DNA of 64,000 bases from Chlorokybus atmophyticus (lineage: Eukaryota > Plantae > Mesostigma and Chlorokybus algae): the NCBI GenBank assembly GCA_009103225.1, contig RHPI01001327.1, positions 124,001 to 188,000 of the forward strand, read 5' to 3'. The notes beneath the pieces are model-generated. The model searched no databases and had not been told where the DNA came from. It was given only the letters and a program-made list of their open reading frames with translations. The position numbers and the translations under genes were made by a program. This document shows positions 23,701 through 35,191 of the stretch, piece by piece (within the stretch, counting starts at the first letter, position 1; each line of letters opens with the position of its first letter).

Positions 23701-24849
23701 GAGGAGAAGGCGCCAACAACAACAACAACAACGATGGCAAACTTGACAATGTTGAGAGCACTGTTAGGGAATACGCCTGCATTGAAATGAACTGCACCAT
23801 GCCGCAGGCAAGGAAAGATGTTTGTCACACTCACACATAATGTGTACATTCGTGCGTGCGCGTGTGTGCATGTGTACGTGTGTGCATGTGTACGTGGTTG
23901 CGTGTACATGTGCGTGCATGTGTGCGCGCGCGTGTGTGTAAATAGGTGTGCAAAGCGTACCTCAACATCTTGTGTTGGCAGGCGGAGCGCTACCTCAAGC
24001 TGGTCCGTTACATCGACGACCGCGGCGGCAACCCCTGGCACCACATCCGCCACTTGATGCACACGTACCCTCAAGGTCTCCCCGAGGTGTTGGACCTCCT
24101 CCACCGCGACTTCTCCTCCTCCGACCCGGGCGAGCCCCCGCCGCACCTGCTCGGCCAGGTCGTGGAGCCGATCGGAGCGGCCAAGGCGGCGTATGCGAGG
24201 GCGGATGTCGTGAGGGAGAAGATGACAGAGGCGTGGGAGGGGGATAGGAGAGCGACGCTGGAGGAACTCGTATGGAAGGTAGGAGGGAGGCGTGTGTATG
24301 TGACTATGTGTGTCTACGCGTGTGTTGCTTGGGCACTTGTGCTTGTCACGCAGCAACTGTGACTACGCCAGTAGTGGGTTGGGGTTGCTTGTATGTATGT
24401 GTCTGAGTGCTCACACTCACACGCGCATGCAGGTGAGCGAGGAGATGGGTGTGTGGCCAGCCCAGCTCCATCGCTACTTGTTGATCAAGGTACGTCCACA
24501 CATCACCCATGCTACACCCTATCCCTCACCACTCACGATGCCAACGATCACTGCACACCAAACTGTTCTTTCCTGCCCACCCCCGCAGCGTTACTGCGAC
24601 TCCCTTGACGACCGCAAGCGCAAGGACGTCCTCCTCTTCGCTCGCTCGGGTACGTTGGAGCTCGCCGCCCGCGTGCGCGGCCTGCAAGTTGCGGGGGAGT
24701 GGAAGGACTACGGGGAGCCCGAGTTCGCTGCGCGGTTGCAACTGCCTGTCAACACCGCGTACGAGAGTGTTAGTAATGGGGATGGGATTGGTGATTATGG
24801 TGTGGATAGGTATGCTGCGGCGGAACAGAGCGCGAGGGAACAAACTTGA
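16830..24849 (+). CDS. Fusion: CBL/NCS-like EF-hand domain, ankyrin repeats, anoctamin (TMEM16) domain and an uncharacterised C-terminal region; ~20 exons
   Basis: EF region: STHFTADELQRLL, KAFDVQGVGEIGFKDF, AFAWRMYHL. Ankyrin repeats: TTPLHLAAQYGH, STPLHLAC, APMHVAA, RTPLHVAC, TTPLHAAV. Anoctamin motifs: LYFGHRVAFYF, WG...EDPAP, ENHPT, INYHSLFYFAY, FGFVALFGAAFPLA, RRPF..SGLG..W. Consecutive exons join in frame. The start is unresolved because of an in-frame TAA at 16825-16827. Confidence 0.85.
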
Positions 24850-25003
24850 GAGCTTTGTTCTTGGTGAGATTGCGCGCATCTGCCGCTGTATAGAGTGCAC
24901 AGTGGCCTGATATACATACAGGTATCACTACTGTTGATGGGCGTCCCAGAACCAGTGGTGCATGCAGGGATGCCTTACCAAACACCAATCCCATGGCTGC
25001 CCA

Positions 25004-25347
25004 ATGGGGGAGGCAACGGTATATAACAATCACCTAAGTAACCGGTGCAACCCGCCGATGACGTGCGACATGTGTATGAATATAAGACTTTCTGTGGTTG
25101 TCGTGCATAACATAAGCAAGAGCATGACAAGTCATTGCTTAGCTGTGCAGGGTTAATCTTACAATCATCGCTCCTGGTGCTACCCTTTCCATGGGGAGGC
25201 ATTGATCAATATCACCTGATTAACATCTATTCAAGCTCTATGCAATGGGTGTAACCCGCCGATGACATGCAACATGTGCATGAACATTGGAGTTTCTGTG
25301 ACTGTCGTGCATAACAGCAAGGGCACGACAAGTCATCGCTCAGCTAT
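25004..25347 (+). repeat. Diverged tandem duplication of a ~190-200-bp unit
   Basis: ATGGGG(G)AGGCA at ~25004 and ~25191; AACCCGCCGATGAC...GTCGTGCATAACA...GACAAGTCAT at ~25050-25147 and ~25253-25347. Confidence 0.7.
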
Positions 25348-26082
25348 GATGTATGAGGTATGCATGGACAAGTCAGCACACGAGAGTCAGGGTATAAATT
25401 GAGTGGCAAACAATCAACGAGCTTAGTTGACTCTGTGGTGTGGCAAATGTTACGAGCAAGCGCACGGGTTGTGCCTTGCCAACTGTACTCTACGAAGAGG
25501 CGTGTCTGTCTCACTCCAGACAACACCACCACCGGCACCTAACCGTCAGCGCCACCAACTGCGAGTGCACAGCTGCACGCGCCGTCGCCAGAACCCGAAG
25601 GTCCCGGCAGTATGCGCCCACCGACCAGCACCGCAAGGTCCCTGCGCCATGCAGTGCTGACGTTGGCACTGCATGGGAAGGGTTACAGCGCCCGCAGCAC
25701 GCGCAGTGCCAGAGCAGTGAAGAGCGAGGAGAGGGAGAGAGCGGGGGAGGGAGTCTGCGTCCTGCTTGCTGCTGTGGTTGCTACGCTGCCTGCCATCACC
25801 AACTGCTAACCACGCCCGTGTGGGCAGGTGAATACAATCCTGCATGCTTGCTGTATGACTAACGGGGTAGGCTAGCGTAGGCGTAGGATAGAAAGTACCA
25901 GCCCGGTGGTGAATAAAGTGTGGTTGATCATGAGTTTAAGCGTGATGCATGTCATTGACATGTGTGAGCGCACCATGCATGTTGGCATACCAGCACACCC
26001 CTTTTGTACACCTACTTGTACAGCGCTGCGGATGCGCTACACATAAGTCACATGCGTACACGACATCATCAGACAAGACCAG

Positions 26083-27277
26083 TCAGCCACACACTATGCA
26101 GCGCTTGGCGTCGGTTCCATCAGCGACGCACGGCTCTCCCTTCATCGCGCATTCGCCAGAAGCCGCGCTAGCGTACTCGCATGCCGTCATAGGCTGGAAA
26201 AGAGATACCACATCAGCAACATGCGATTATAGAGAGATCAAAAGTGAAGACATGCAGCCACACGTGTGCGCCTGCACTCGCCTCGAGCATGCAGGCTTGT
26301 TGTTCGGGCGTCATCAAGGAGCTTGCAACCTGTTGCTGCTGCATCGCGGGTGATATCTGAAGCTGCAGATGCTGCTGCTGTAACGACATCGATGCTGGTG
26401 GCGTGACGAAGGTGCACGCCTCCACGCGCTGGCGGACGTCGGCAACAACGGCGCGAAGCCTCACAACCTCCTGCTCCAAGGCAACCTGGACACATCTGTC
26501 TCAGTCGTACTTCACACACACGAGCGTACGCATGCACTCACGCATGCTCTTCTGCTCTGTCTCACCTGTCGGCTGAGTCGTTGCATGAGGAGTCCGTTGA
26601 GTCGCTTGAGGCTGGCGACCTCCTCCTCAAGCTCCATGAAGTGGGCCTTCTTGCGCATCCGGTACTTCCTCACAGCCTCCCTGTTGCCACCACCAGCAGC
26701 ACCACCACCACCACCATGAGGCCTCTTGCTCTGCAAATGGTAAGAGGGGGTTTGCTACACACGGACTTTGCATAAGACATACGCACACGCGCACGCACGC
26801 ACGCACGCATGGTTACTTACTGATGTGGGGCGGCTGCTGTGCGCGTGTTCATCCGCGTCTTCGTCAGAGCTGAAGTCGTGAGGATGATCATGTTGATGCT
26901 GATGATGCTGGGAGAGCGTTGTGTCTCGGGTATCCTTAGTGTGCGTATCGGAGGACGTCAGGACGGATCCCACGTTGATGCTGAGGTCGATGCCACGCCC
27001 TGGCAACGTGCTTGCGCTGCTGTTGGGGGGGAAAGAGAGACAGACTGAATGTGTGCGTGTGCGTGCGCGCGCGCGCTCAAGTGCGGCTCGTGGTACATGG
27101 CTTGGAGCACTTGAGGAGGACGCAACACACACACTTACACATTCAATACCAGTGACGATGACGCGTTTGTCTGATGCACACGCACGTACGTCGAGTGTGT
27201 AAGAGAGCTCCTGCTTACCTTTGCATGCGCAGCACGTCTTTGAGCTGACCGGCATCCAACACGGCATTCAATGGCAT
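26083..27277 (-). CDS. bZIP transcription factor resembling plant group F (bZIP19/23-like), with a His-rich segment before the basic region
   Basis: GNREAVRKYRMRKKAHFMELEEEVASLKRLNGLLMQRLSRQ|VALEQEVVRLRAVVADVRQRVE, upstream QHHQHQHDHPHD...EHAH, and a Cys-rich C-terminus. Five exons join in frame, including one GC-AG intron (26281-26194). The gene may extend further 5'. Confidence 0.8.
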
Positions 27278-27842
27278 GGCAGCGTGCCCACCCCACCCAA
27301 GTTCTGCCACTGTCACTCTCGTCGTCTCGTTGCCTTGCCAATTGAACAGCGCGCGCCACACCCACATACACACACTGACCTCGCCGCCGCGCCTTCCTCC
27401 TGAGCACACACACGCAGACTTTTCTACACTGTGTGCCACAACAGAGAGAGAATGCCACCTCCCTCCCTCCCTCCGTCTCTCCACGCAGGAAATGCAAATG
27501 CAGAGCAGCGGCAACTTCTCTCCTGCTTCGCACACTCACACAGCCTCGCTAGGCTCAAGGCTCACAAACGAACGCCCTTGCTCAAGAAACATCAGAAACA
27601 AAGACAGAGAGAGACTGCCCAACCTGTCACATGGTACCCTGCAAATGTCGACATCCAACGTGACGACATGGCGGCTGCGGCGCCCATCATTATCGTTAAA
27701 ACCACTTCCACGACGCTCGCGTCACGGCTTTGGCAGATCAGCACATTGTAATGATGACACACGAGTCGTAACATTATGCGGCACGACTCATCCAAGGAGT
27801 ACCGGTACTGAGAACCTATCTGGGGCGGTGGTCAGATAAAGG

Positions 27843-28374
27843 TTATTGACGGAATGCCCAACGGCGATCAGCCCTCGACTGAATACTATGAAGGTACACC
27901 TCTGCACAGTGAATAGGTGTACCTTTACCGATGACGGTGAATTGCGTTTGAGACCAGATGGGCGTAATTTGCTGAGGATTTCGCCTCAATATACCGTCAA
28001 TGGCTTCGCTTGTATTATAAATTAAAAAATTTATTGTGTTAATGATACCGTCATTAGGCCACTGGATGTTAATTCTGAGTTCTGCGTCAGCCGGTCAATT
28101 GGACCAGTCGGTCGGTCGGCAGGGATATAACAATGGCAAGTCTTAGAATTTACAATGGATGCATCAGTAAACGGCAACGCAGACACTGTCGGTGGTCGGT
28201 GCATGGCAGCTTTGATACTGTTCAGCTTGGCTTTTCTGCATGGTCGGCGTACGAAGATGCGGGTCGGGGCCGGAGGCAAGGGTCGGTCGCTGGCCGAGAA
28301 AGAATAATGCTATCATTATTTCTGACGATTCTCGGTCGATTTTTGGGTCGGTCGGCCGACGCAGAACCCAGAAT
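27843..28374. mobile_element. MITE-like inverted-repeat region
   Basis: 11-bp IR at 27891-27901/27915-27925, ATTGACGG/CCGTCAAT pair, 22-bp IR (20/22) at 28072-28093/28353-28374, and GTCGG repeats. No TSD found. Confidence 0.45.
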
Positions 28375-28750
28375 CGAATTACACTGGTAATACCGAGCCC
28401 ACGTTATGGCGCAAAGGCACCTTTGCTCTAGTACGGAAGCTCCCCTCTGTTTGCTGCGGATCAGGACTTGCCTCAAGTTCCCGCGCGCATCCAACGGCAC
28501 ATCGGTAGGTAGACCCAGGCGCAGCAAGCCTGACAAAGCATGGTTCATTCAGCCTAGTACGAACATTGCCATAGATGTGCACTGCTCTGCATGCGCCGAT
28601 CGTGCTGAGCTCAATGTGTCATCCATGCAAATGCCGCGTAGGCCACTGCTCCTACCATAGTGACTAGGTGGAGTGGGGGAGTCAGAGGGAGTTGAGACTG
28701 TATATGTGTACATGTACACGTCATTGCTGCCGCTGCTCTTGTGCGGCTAG

Positions 28751-28993
28751 GCGTCTTCTTTACCAGTGATCACTTGCGAGCTCTCGTGGTCGACTTGCAT
28801 CCAACGTATGGCAACTACACGCTTGCGCGATGGGAGGAAGAGTACGACATCGTGAACACCATAAGCTTGGCTCATGTAGGCGAGTTTGTTGGCATGGGCA
28901 TCAGCAAGCCGGCTGCCAGGGACATTATCGCAGCAGCGCCTCATGCAACGCAATGGAGTGTATTGCGCTTTCGTGCACCTCTACTTGATACCA
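28751..28993 (+). pseudogene. Isolated exon-like segment encoding a SAM-like domain
   Basis: Bounded by CTAG and GTAAGT. YTLARWEEEYDIVNTISLAHVGEFVGMGISKPAARDIIAAA resembles the SAM helical pattern. No flanking exons were resolved. Confidence 0.35.
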
Positions 28994-30614
28994 GTAAGTC
29001 ACTATATGCTGACAAAGAACGTTCGGGCTGAACAAAGTATGCAAGGGATGTAGAGTTGCACATGCGATGGGCAAGACTGAGGAAAGGTGACCACTTGGAT
29101 GACCGCCTACCGAGCGAAATTAATAACTATTATGATCAATGTAAAATGCACATGCAATACTGATGAACTGTGTGATTGACCAGCTACCCGTTAACAACTT
29201 GACAAGAGGTAGTCTCGTTGTTTGCATTAAAAATTAAGGAGCTCAATAATGCACTTGTCATCATGCTCACTTGCCCTTGTACTGCTTATCGCGGTTGCAC
29301 ATAGCACGATATTAGCTTTTAACTTTACATGTGGTATGCAGGGTGGTACAAGTCGTCCACACTCTAAGTCTTGAGATTGATATTACCTTCATGGTTTATA
29401 CACAGCTCGAGCGCGAGGGCCCCGGTAACAACCGTCTCACAATATGAAAGGGCGTTGGGTCTTTACATCGATGAGGTTAGGTGTGGCTTTGCAAAGTTCC
29501 GGCGATGACATTAAGACCGCTTCTGAAGGATCTTTGCTGTGCCTCCGTTTATTACGATAATAGACAACGGGTACTCTAAGTTGTAGCATCAGCCTATGTA
29601 TGAAGCACATGACTCCAATTCCGGCCATTATGCAGGTGTTCAACAATGAGCGAGGGGACATTGTCCAGAACACACATAGCCGGCTTCTTCGAGACATCAT
29701 CTGTATTGCTCATGCGCATGATATGGGGTAAAGAGGTGCGCCACAACATGCATGGCATTAATATTCCTACAGTTTCAAGCAAGGAACTTATATGTAACAT
29801 AATATTGTTGTTTGGTTTCAAGACCTTGACAATCTTTCAATGGACCTCCTTTGGTCTTGGAGTACAAAAAGGCTCTTGACGAAGAAGGTGTGAAAACAGA
29901 ATAAGAGCTTGGCAGAGTGGCCGTCATGTACATAATTAACTATGGCATGACGTCATGCTGCGCTGCATATGTTCTTGTGCAGCATTGTGCAAGTGGTGCA
30001 AGGTGCATTGCGCAAGTGTGTAACGACACAAATGACCGTGCAATTTCCCGTTGGCGTCTGTAGCAATAGCCACATTGTCATAGTGCTGTGCAAATATGAT
30101 GGCACTACCATGCGCATTTGTCGCTCGAAGGCACTGCAATTTGCAATTGATATAAATGGTCAATACCAATTGAACACCACGTCATAAAGGGTTAAGGTGC
30201 GTGTTTATAAATAAAAAGACAATGTACGACGCAATTGATTGCCATTTTTGCTTATGTACCGACATATCTGCTGTGTAAATGACATGGCATATGAATTCGT
30301 CTGCTGCATTGCTCGAGTGGAAGCCATGAACGCTAGCTAGCGCGAGCACAAAAGATGAAGATTTCTCTTAGCCAGGTGCGATGTTGTGCTCCAATGGTAT
30401 GTTGACTTGTTGCTCTACAACGTTGTCTACGCTCAATACTAGTAACACTGCATGATGCATTTGCACAGGTGCTTGACAGGCAATTGCGCACATGCACATG
30501 CGCGCGAGCGTGTGTGTGCGTACGTAACAGTGTGTGCGTACATAACAGTCGAGGAGCAGTAACCCCTTCCAGTTGAAGAACAAGACAAAATGCATGGAGC
30601 TGTTGCGCCCGCAC

Positions 30615-31205
30615 GGGCGGGGGGCAGGANTGAGGACGTATCGTATCGCACAAGAAGGCACACCCACTTCATGCAGCTCGAGAAAGAGGAGGTCGCCAGC
30701 CTTAAGCGACTTAGCGGCCTCCTCATGCAGCGTCCCAACCGACAGGTGAGGTGCATGTGCATGCACGTGACTATGTGTTTAACTTTGCTGTGACAAGTTT
30801 GTCCAGGTTGCATGGGAGCAGAATGTCTTGAGGCTGCACGTTGTTATGGCCAGCTGCGCGTGGAGCCTGCGCTTTTGTCACTTCAGCAATGTTTTTCAAC
30901 GCGATGACATGTTCACAGCAGCATCCACAGCTCAAAAGATTGCCCGCAGCTGAAGATGCAGCAGGAGCAGCAGCAACAGCAACAGCAACAGCAGGCAAAC
31001 TTTGACACCTGCACAACAAGCCTGCCAAGCAAGTGTGGTAGCAGTCAACGTGTGTGTGCACGCGCGCGGGCTGGCATGTGTGTAGTAGTCAATATGTTCG
31101 TGGGTGAGGTGTGCACTCACTGGTGATGTGCCCTACTATCACAAATTCTGATGTGGTGTCTTCCCAGCCTATGAGAGCGTGCAAGTAAGAGGCTTCCGCT
31201 GATGG
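30615..31205 (+). pseudogene. Inverted, frameshifted duplicate of the bZIP gene
   Basis: CAAGAAGGCACACCCACTTCATGCAGCTCGAG...GAGGTCGCCAGCCTTAAGCGACT...CGACAG|GT parallels the intact copy with a +2 insertion. Homologous later acceptors (GTCCAG|GTTGC, CCAG|CCTATG) are retained, with premature stops. Confidence 0.8.
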
Positions 31206-31624
31206 CAATAACAACAACCGTGGTTGTTGTTATTGGATAGCGTGCGGCTGAATGCTTGTTCTTGTAAACTGAGACGTGTGCGAGTTATGTACATGTTTAA
31301 TACCCGCTACAACTGGTGCAGTGTGTGAAGCAAGGATACCTCTGATGTGTACGTAAAGCAGAGTACACGGCAATTTGTGCGGTGCTTGTAATAACACCAC
31401 ACCAGAGAGTCAACCAAGCTCATTGACAGTTTGCCACTCAACCAATACTTGGCTCTCTTGCGTTAATTTGCAGTCATTAGTGCACATCACCACAAACCAT
31501 AAGCCGAGCACTGACATATGCTGTTGTGCACAACACTTGCAGAATATATAACATACTGAATCTATGCGAACAAGAACCTACACTACACGCATTATACATG
31601 TACACAATGCACACAGTTTGTTCA

Positions 31625-33391
31625 TCAGTTGACCCACGTTGTATCATGCATGAGGCTCTTCTCCATGCAGCTCGCATCAGTCACGCCGCGAGCAGGCCGG
31701 ATATTCCCACCCGGCCCACCGATATCGCGCCCGCGGCCGCTAGCAAACCTCCGCAAGAAGTCGTCCAGCTGGTCGCCGATGTCACCGTCACCAGGCCTGC
31801 CGCCACCATTATCGCCGAACCCGCCCTCCAAAGGCTCGATGCGTATCGGCGGCGTCTCGATGTAAGGCATGCCGGGGATGCTGTCTCTGCTGTATCTATC
31901 GTCGTTGAACCGATGTCTCCGCCGCGCAGACCCACCTGTTGATGAGATGTGTGAGGGGTCACTCAACATCTATCTCTGCGTGCGTGTACACATATGTATG
32001 TGCGTGTGTGCACACATGTAAGCAAAACTTTACATTCAATGAAAGAAATAAATCTACCTCTCAGGGCGTCCAGGCTGTCCCCGAGCATGTCTCTGCTCTC
32101 ACGCGCCAGCACGTTGCTGGCATGGTTGGCAGCTGGCGGGAACACCAGTGCCGAATCCGCGCGCAGGTCCATCGACGCCTCCACGGCTCGGCTGTCCCGA
32201 AGATGACCTACAGACTGATATGAGGCCCTTTGCTGGCTCTCGTCCACGTGTCGATGGGGTTGGCGCCGGTCGGGAGTGTTGTTGCGAGCGTGGACGGGAT
32301 GTTGTTGGTGCTGGTGATGATGTTGTTGGTGTTGTTGTGGTGGGGTGTTGCTGCGTTGTGGTTGTGGGGGAGGAAGGCTGTAGCCTGGTCCCTGGTGCAT
32401 GTGTGTGCTATGCCTGGGGTTGTCCTGCTGCACATGCTCCTCCTGTTGTAATGTCGCCTGCAAATCAAAGGCTCTTGCACTCTCTCGCATTGCTCCAGTC
32501 AAGCACAGCAGCACATACGAACTTTGTTTGCCTGCACTTGCAGTGGGCGTGCACATGTGCCCAGACACATGTGCACGCCCACATGTAAACGCAAACTTAC
32601 GCACACACGCGCAAGTAGGTGCGGGCGACCACACTCACTTGCACACGCACATGCACACGCGTGCAGGCGTGCTCACAAGTCCGTATATGCGCACGCACAC
32701 ATACTCACTCACCCACACGCGCACACCCACACACATACACACCTGGTCGCGTGCCAGTCGTGCATCATCCCTCCTCACGTCCTCTCGTTCCCTCACTTCC
32801 GCCTGCTCCTTTGCCCTCCTCCTCTCCTCCACCTGCATCGCCAGCTCCCTCCTCCACGCCTCACGCGGAGACACACCAGCAGCAGCAGCAGCAAAAGACT
32901 CCTCCAACACGCCGCCGCCTCCACCCCTCCCGTCATACACATCACTGCTGCCATGGTGGTGGTCGTTATGGTTGTTGGGGTTGGGGTTGGGGTTGTGGGT
33001 GGTGTCGGGTCCCCCCTTGGCGTGTGCGTGGAGCTGGTTGAGGTCCGTCACGATGTGGCCGGCGGTGTCGCGGAGGGGAGCGCCGCCGCCGCCTCTACCA
33101 AAGGGCTCGTACCTCGCCGCCTGCATGTTGGGATACATGTTGCGTCGCATTGTGGGTCATGTACGCTCAGCCCAACGTGTGTGAGAGATGTGCTGGACAC
33201 AACGTACCTGGGCTGCTTGTCTGCGGTCGAGTTCTTCTAGCAAAGCGCGCTCATGAGCCTTACGCCGCTGCTTCTCCTGTATCTGCTCTTGCAAATCCCT
33301 GCATGATGATGATGATGATGAGTGGGAGAAGGACGTGTGGTGGGGTGGGGTGGNNNNNNNNNNNNNNNNNNNNNNNNNNNNNNNNNNNNNN

Positions 33392-33443
<52 letters not shown>

Positions 33444-34953
33444 CTGCAACACGCACCGCGCGTAGTTCTGTTTCCTCCTTGCAGTCTCGCCTTCTCCCTG
33501 TTGCTGCTGCTGCTGCCGCTGCCGCTGCTGCTGCTGCTGTTGTTGTTGTTGCGGCGAAGATTGCTGTGCTTGCTGTTGCTGTCTGTACTGCAATTGATTA
33601 TACCGTTCACTCGACTCATAACGAATATCAGCACTCCTTCTCCTGCCACCCGCCACAACACGCATCTCCCGCCTTTGTTGTTGTTGCTGTTGGTACCGCT
33701 GGCTCGAGTCGTCATACCCACCATCATAGTGGTTATGCGAGTACGCCGGCCTCACAGTAGGTTGATAGTACCCGCTCGGTGGCTCTCTGAGCCAAACAGG
33801 AGGAGACTGATGATGACCATGTTGTTGATGTTGTGATGGCGTGTCCACATTGAAATCCAACTCCTCATCCGACTGCACCCCCTTGTCCACCCGCCGCTGC
33901 GGTGAGTGGTAATGTTTGCCGCTGGGACTCGCTCCCTCGCTTGCCGCGTAGGGAGGGTGGTGTTGGGAGGTCGGGGTGGACTCGTGGTGGCGGGTGGAAC
34001 GGCGCTGCTTTTGTTCATGGATCTGACGCTCTGTGGGGATGAGTATGTATGAGACGGGAGAGAAGGAGGGAATGCGTGCGTGTGCGTGTGCGTGTGTATG
34101 CAATTGTTACTGATGCTACATCCATGTGTCTTTCCTTACCGAGTTCGCGTGCGTACTGATTCCTCTTTTCCACGTCCACTTCATCTTGTCCATACAGCTT
34201 GTTGAATATGCTGCCAAAGGCCCTTGGTGCCGGCTTCGCCTACGCCACAGACAACACACATGTCACCCACTCACTCTCTCACCCTCGCACTGTATGTCAC
34301 GCACCGGTTTGTCGCCGCGGTACGCGATGGCAACGTAGTTCACGATGGGCTGCTCCTTGGCACTGTTGTTGTTATCAGTGGTGGTGGAGGTGCTGTTGTT
34401 GTGGTCGTTGTGGGTGTTGTCTTTGTTGCTGTCTGTGGTTGTGGTGTGGGGTTGGCGCCTTCTGCCACCGTGTGATTGGGCGTCCTGGCATACACGAATA
34501 GGATTACGACAAAACAGACATGTGGGTTTTTGCAGGGGGCGGGGGGGGGGGAGGTGGGCGTTGTGTGTACGCCTGCGTGCACGTGCGCATGTGCGTGGTG
34601 TGTGTGGGTGTTTTGGGTGGAAGGTGGGTAGGAGCATGCGTGCGTGTGTATAGTTAGTGTGTGAGTGCGAGCGTGTGTGTGAGTTTGTGGGATACAGAGA
34701 GGAAGAACGCAATGGACAGTGACCCATCGCCTCCTTGTTGATGCGGAGAGAAGCTTTAGTAGCGAGGAACGTGTAACAGAACACGTGATGCAGCACGCAA
34801 CACACCCACCCCCACCCACATGGTTACACCCACATCCCCACACGCCCCCCCACCCACCAGGTAGCGTCGGTACTCCTCCTGTCTCTCCGCCCTCAACCGC
34901 CGCTTCGCCGTCTCGCTCGCCTCACCAAGCGCCCAACCACCGTCCGCCGCCAT
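31625..34953 (-). CDS. CSPP1/CCDC66-like centrosome/cilium coiled-coil protein
   Basis: YEPFGRGGGGAPLRDTAGHIVTDL matches the CSPP1 GGGGAPLRD motif. Also RRLRAERQEEYRRYL, DLQEQIQEKQRRK and WRRELAMQVEERRR. About 9 exons, spanning an assembly gap. Confidence 0.7.
33354..33441. repeat. Assembly gap (38 N) abutting an (AC)25 microsatellite
   Basis: N run at 33354-33391 followed by AC repeats at 33392-33441, inside an intron. Confidence 0.95.
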
Positions 34954-35000
34954 ACGCCCCAGGACACCCCCCACCCCCACCCCCACCCTCACCCTCACCA

Positions 35001-35168
35001 CCAGGCCACGCCAGGCCAGACCAGGCCTGACGCCAGGCCGGGCAAACTAACGCAAGCCCATAACGTTACAGTACGCAAACACGCACTTTTGCGCCGAGAC
35101 AGTTATCTCGACTAACGTTAGGAGCGTTAGACCAGACCTCACCAGGCCAGGCCAAGCCAGGCCGGGCC
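35001..35168. promoter_or_regulatory. Compact bidirectional promoter with CCAGGCC arrays
   Basis: Only ~240 bp separate the divergent ATGs. CCAGGCC occurs at 35001, 35011, 35021 and 35033, with variants at 35132-35163 and TAACG motifs in between. Confidence 0.5.
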
Positions 35169-35191
35169 GCGGCGGCGGCGGCGGCGGCGAG

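Noticed and set aside
29437-29900. CVLDNVPS motif suggesting a pogo/Tc1 DDE transposase fragment
   Set aside because: A single short motif with multiple stops in all frames and no other catalytic motifs or TIRs.
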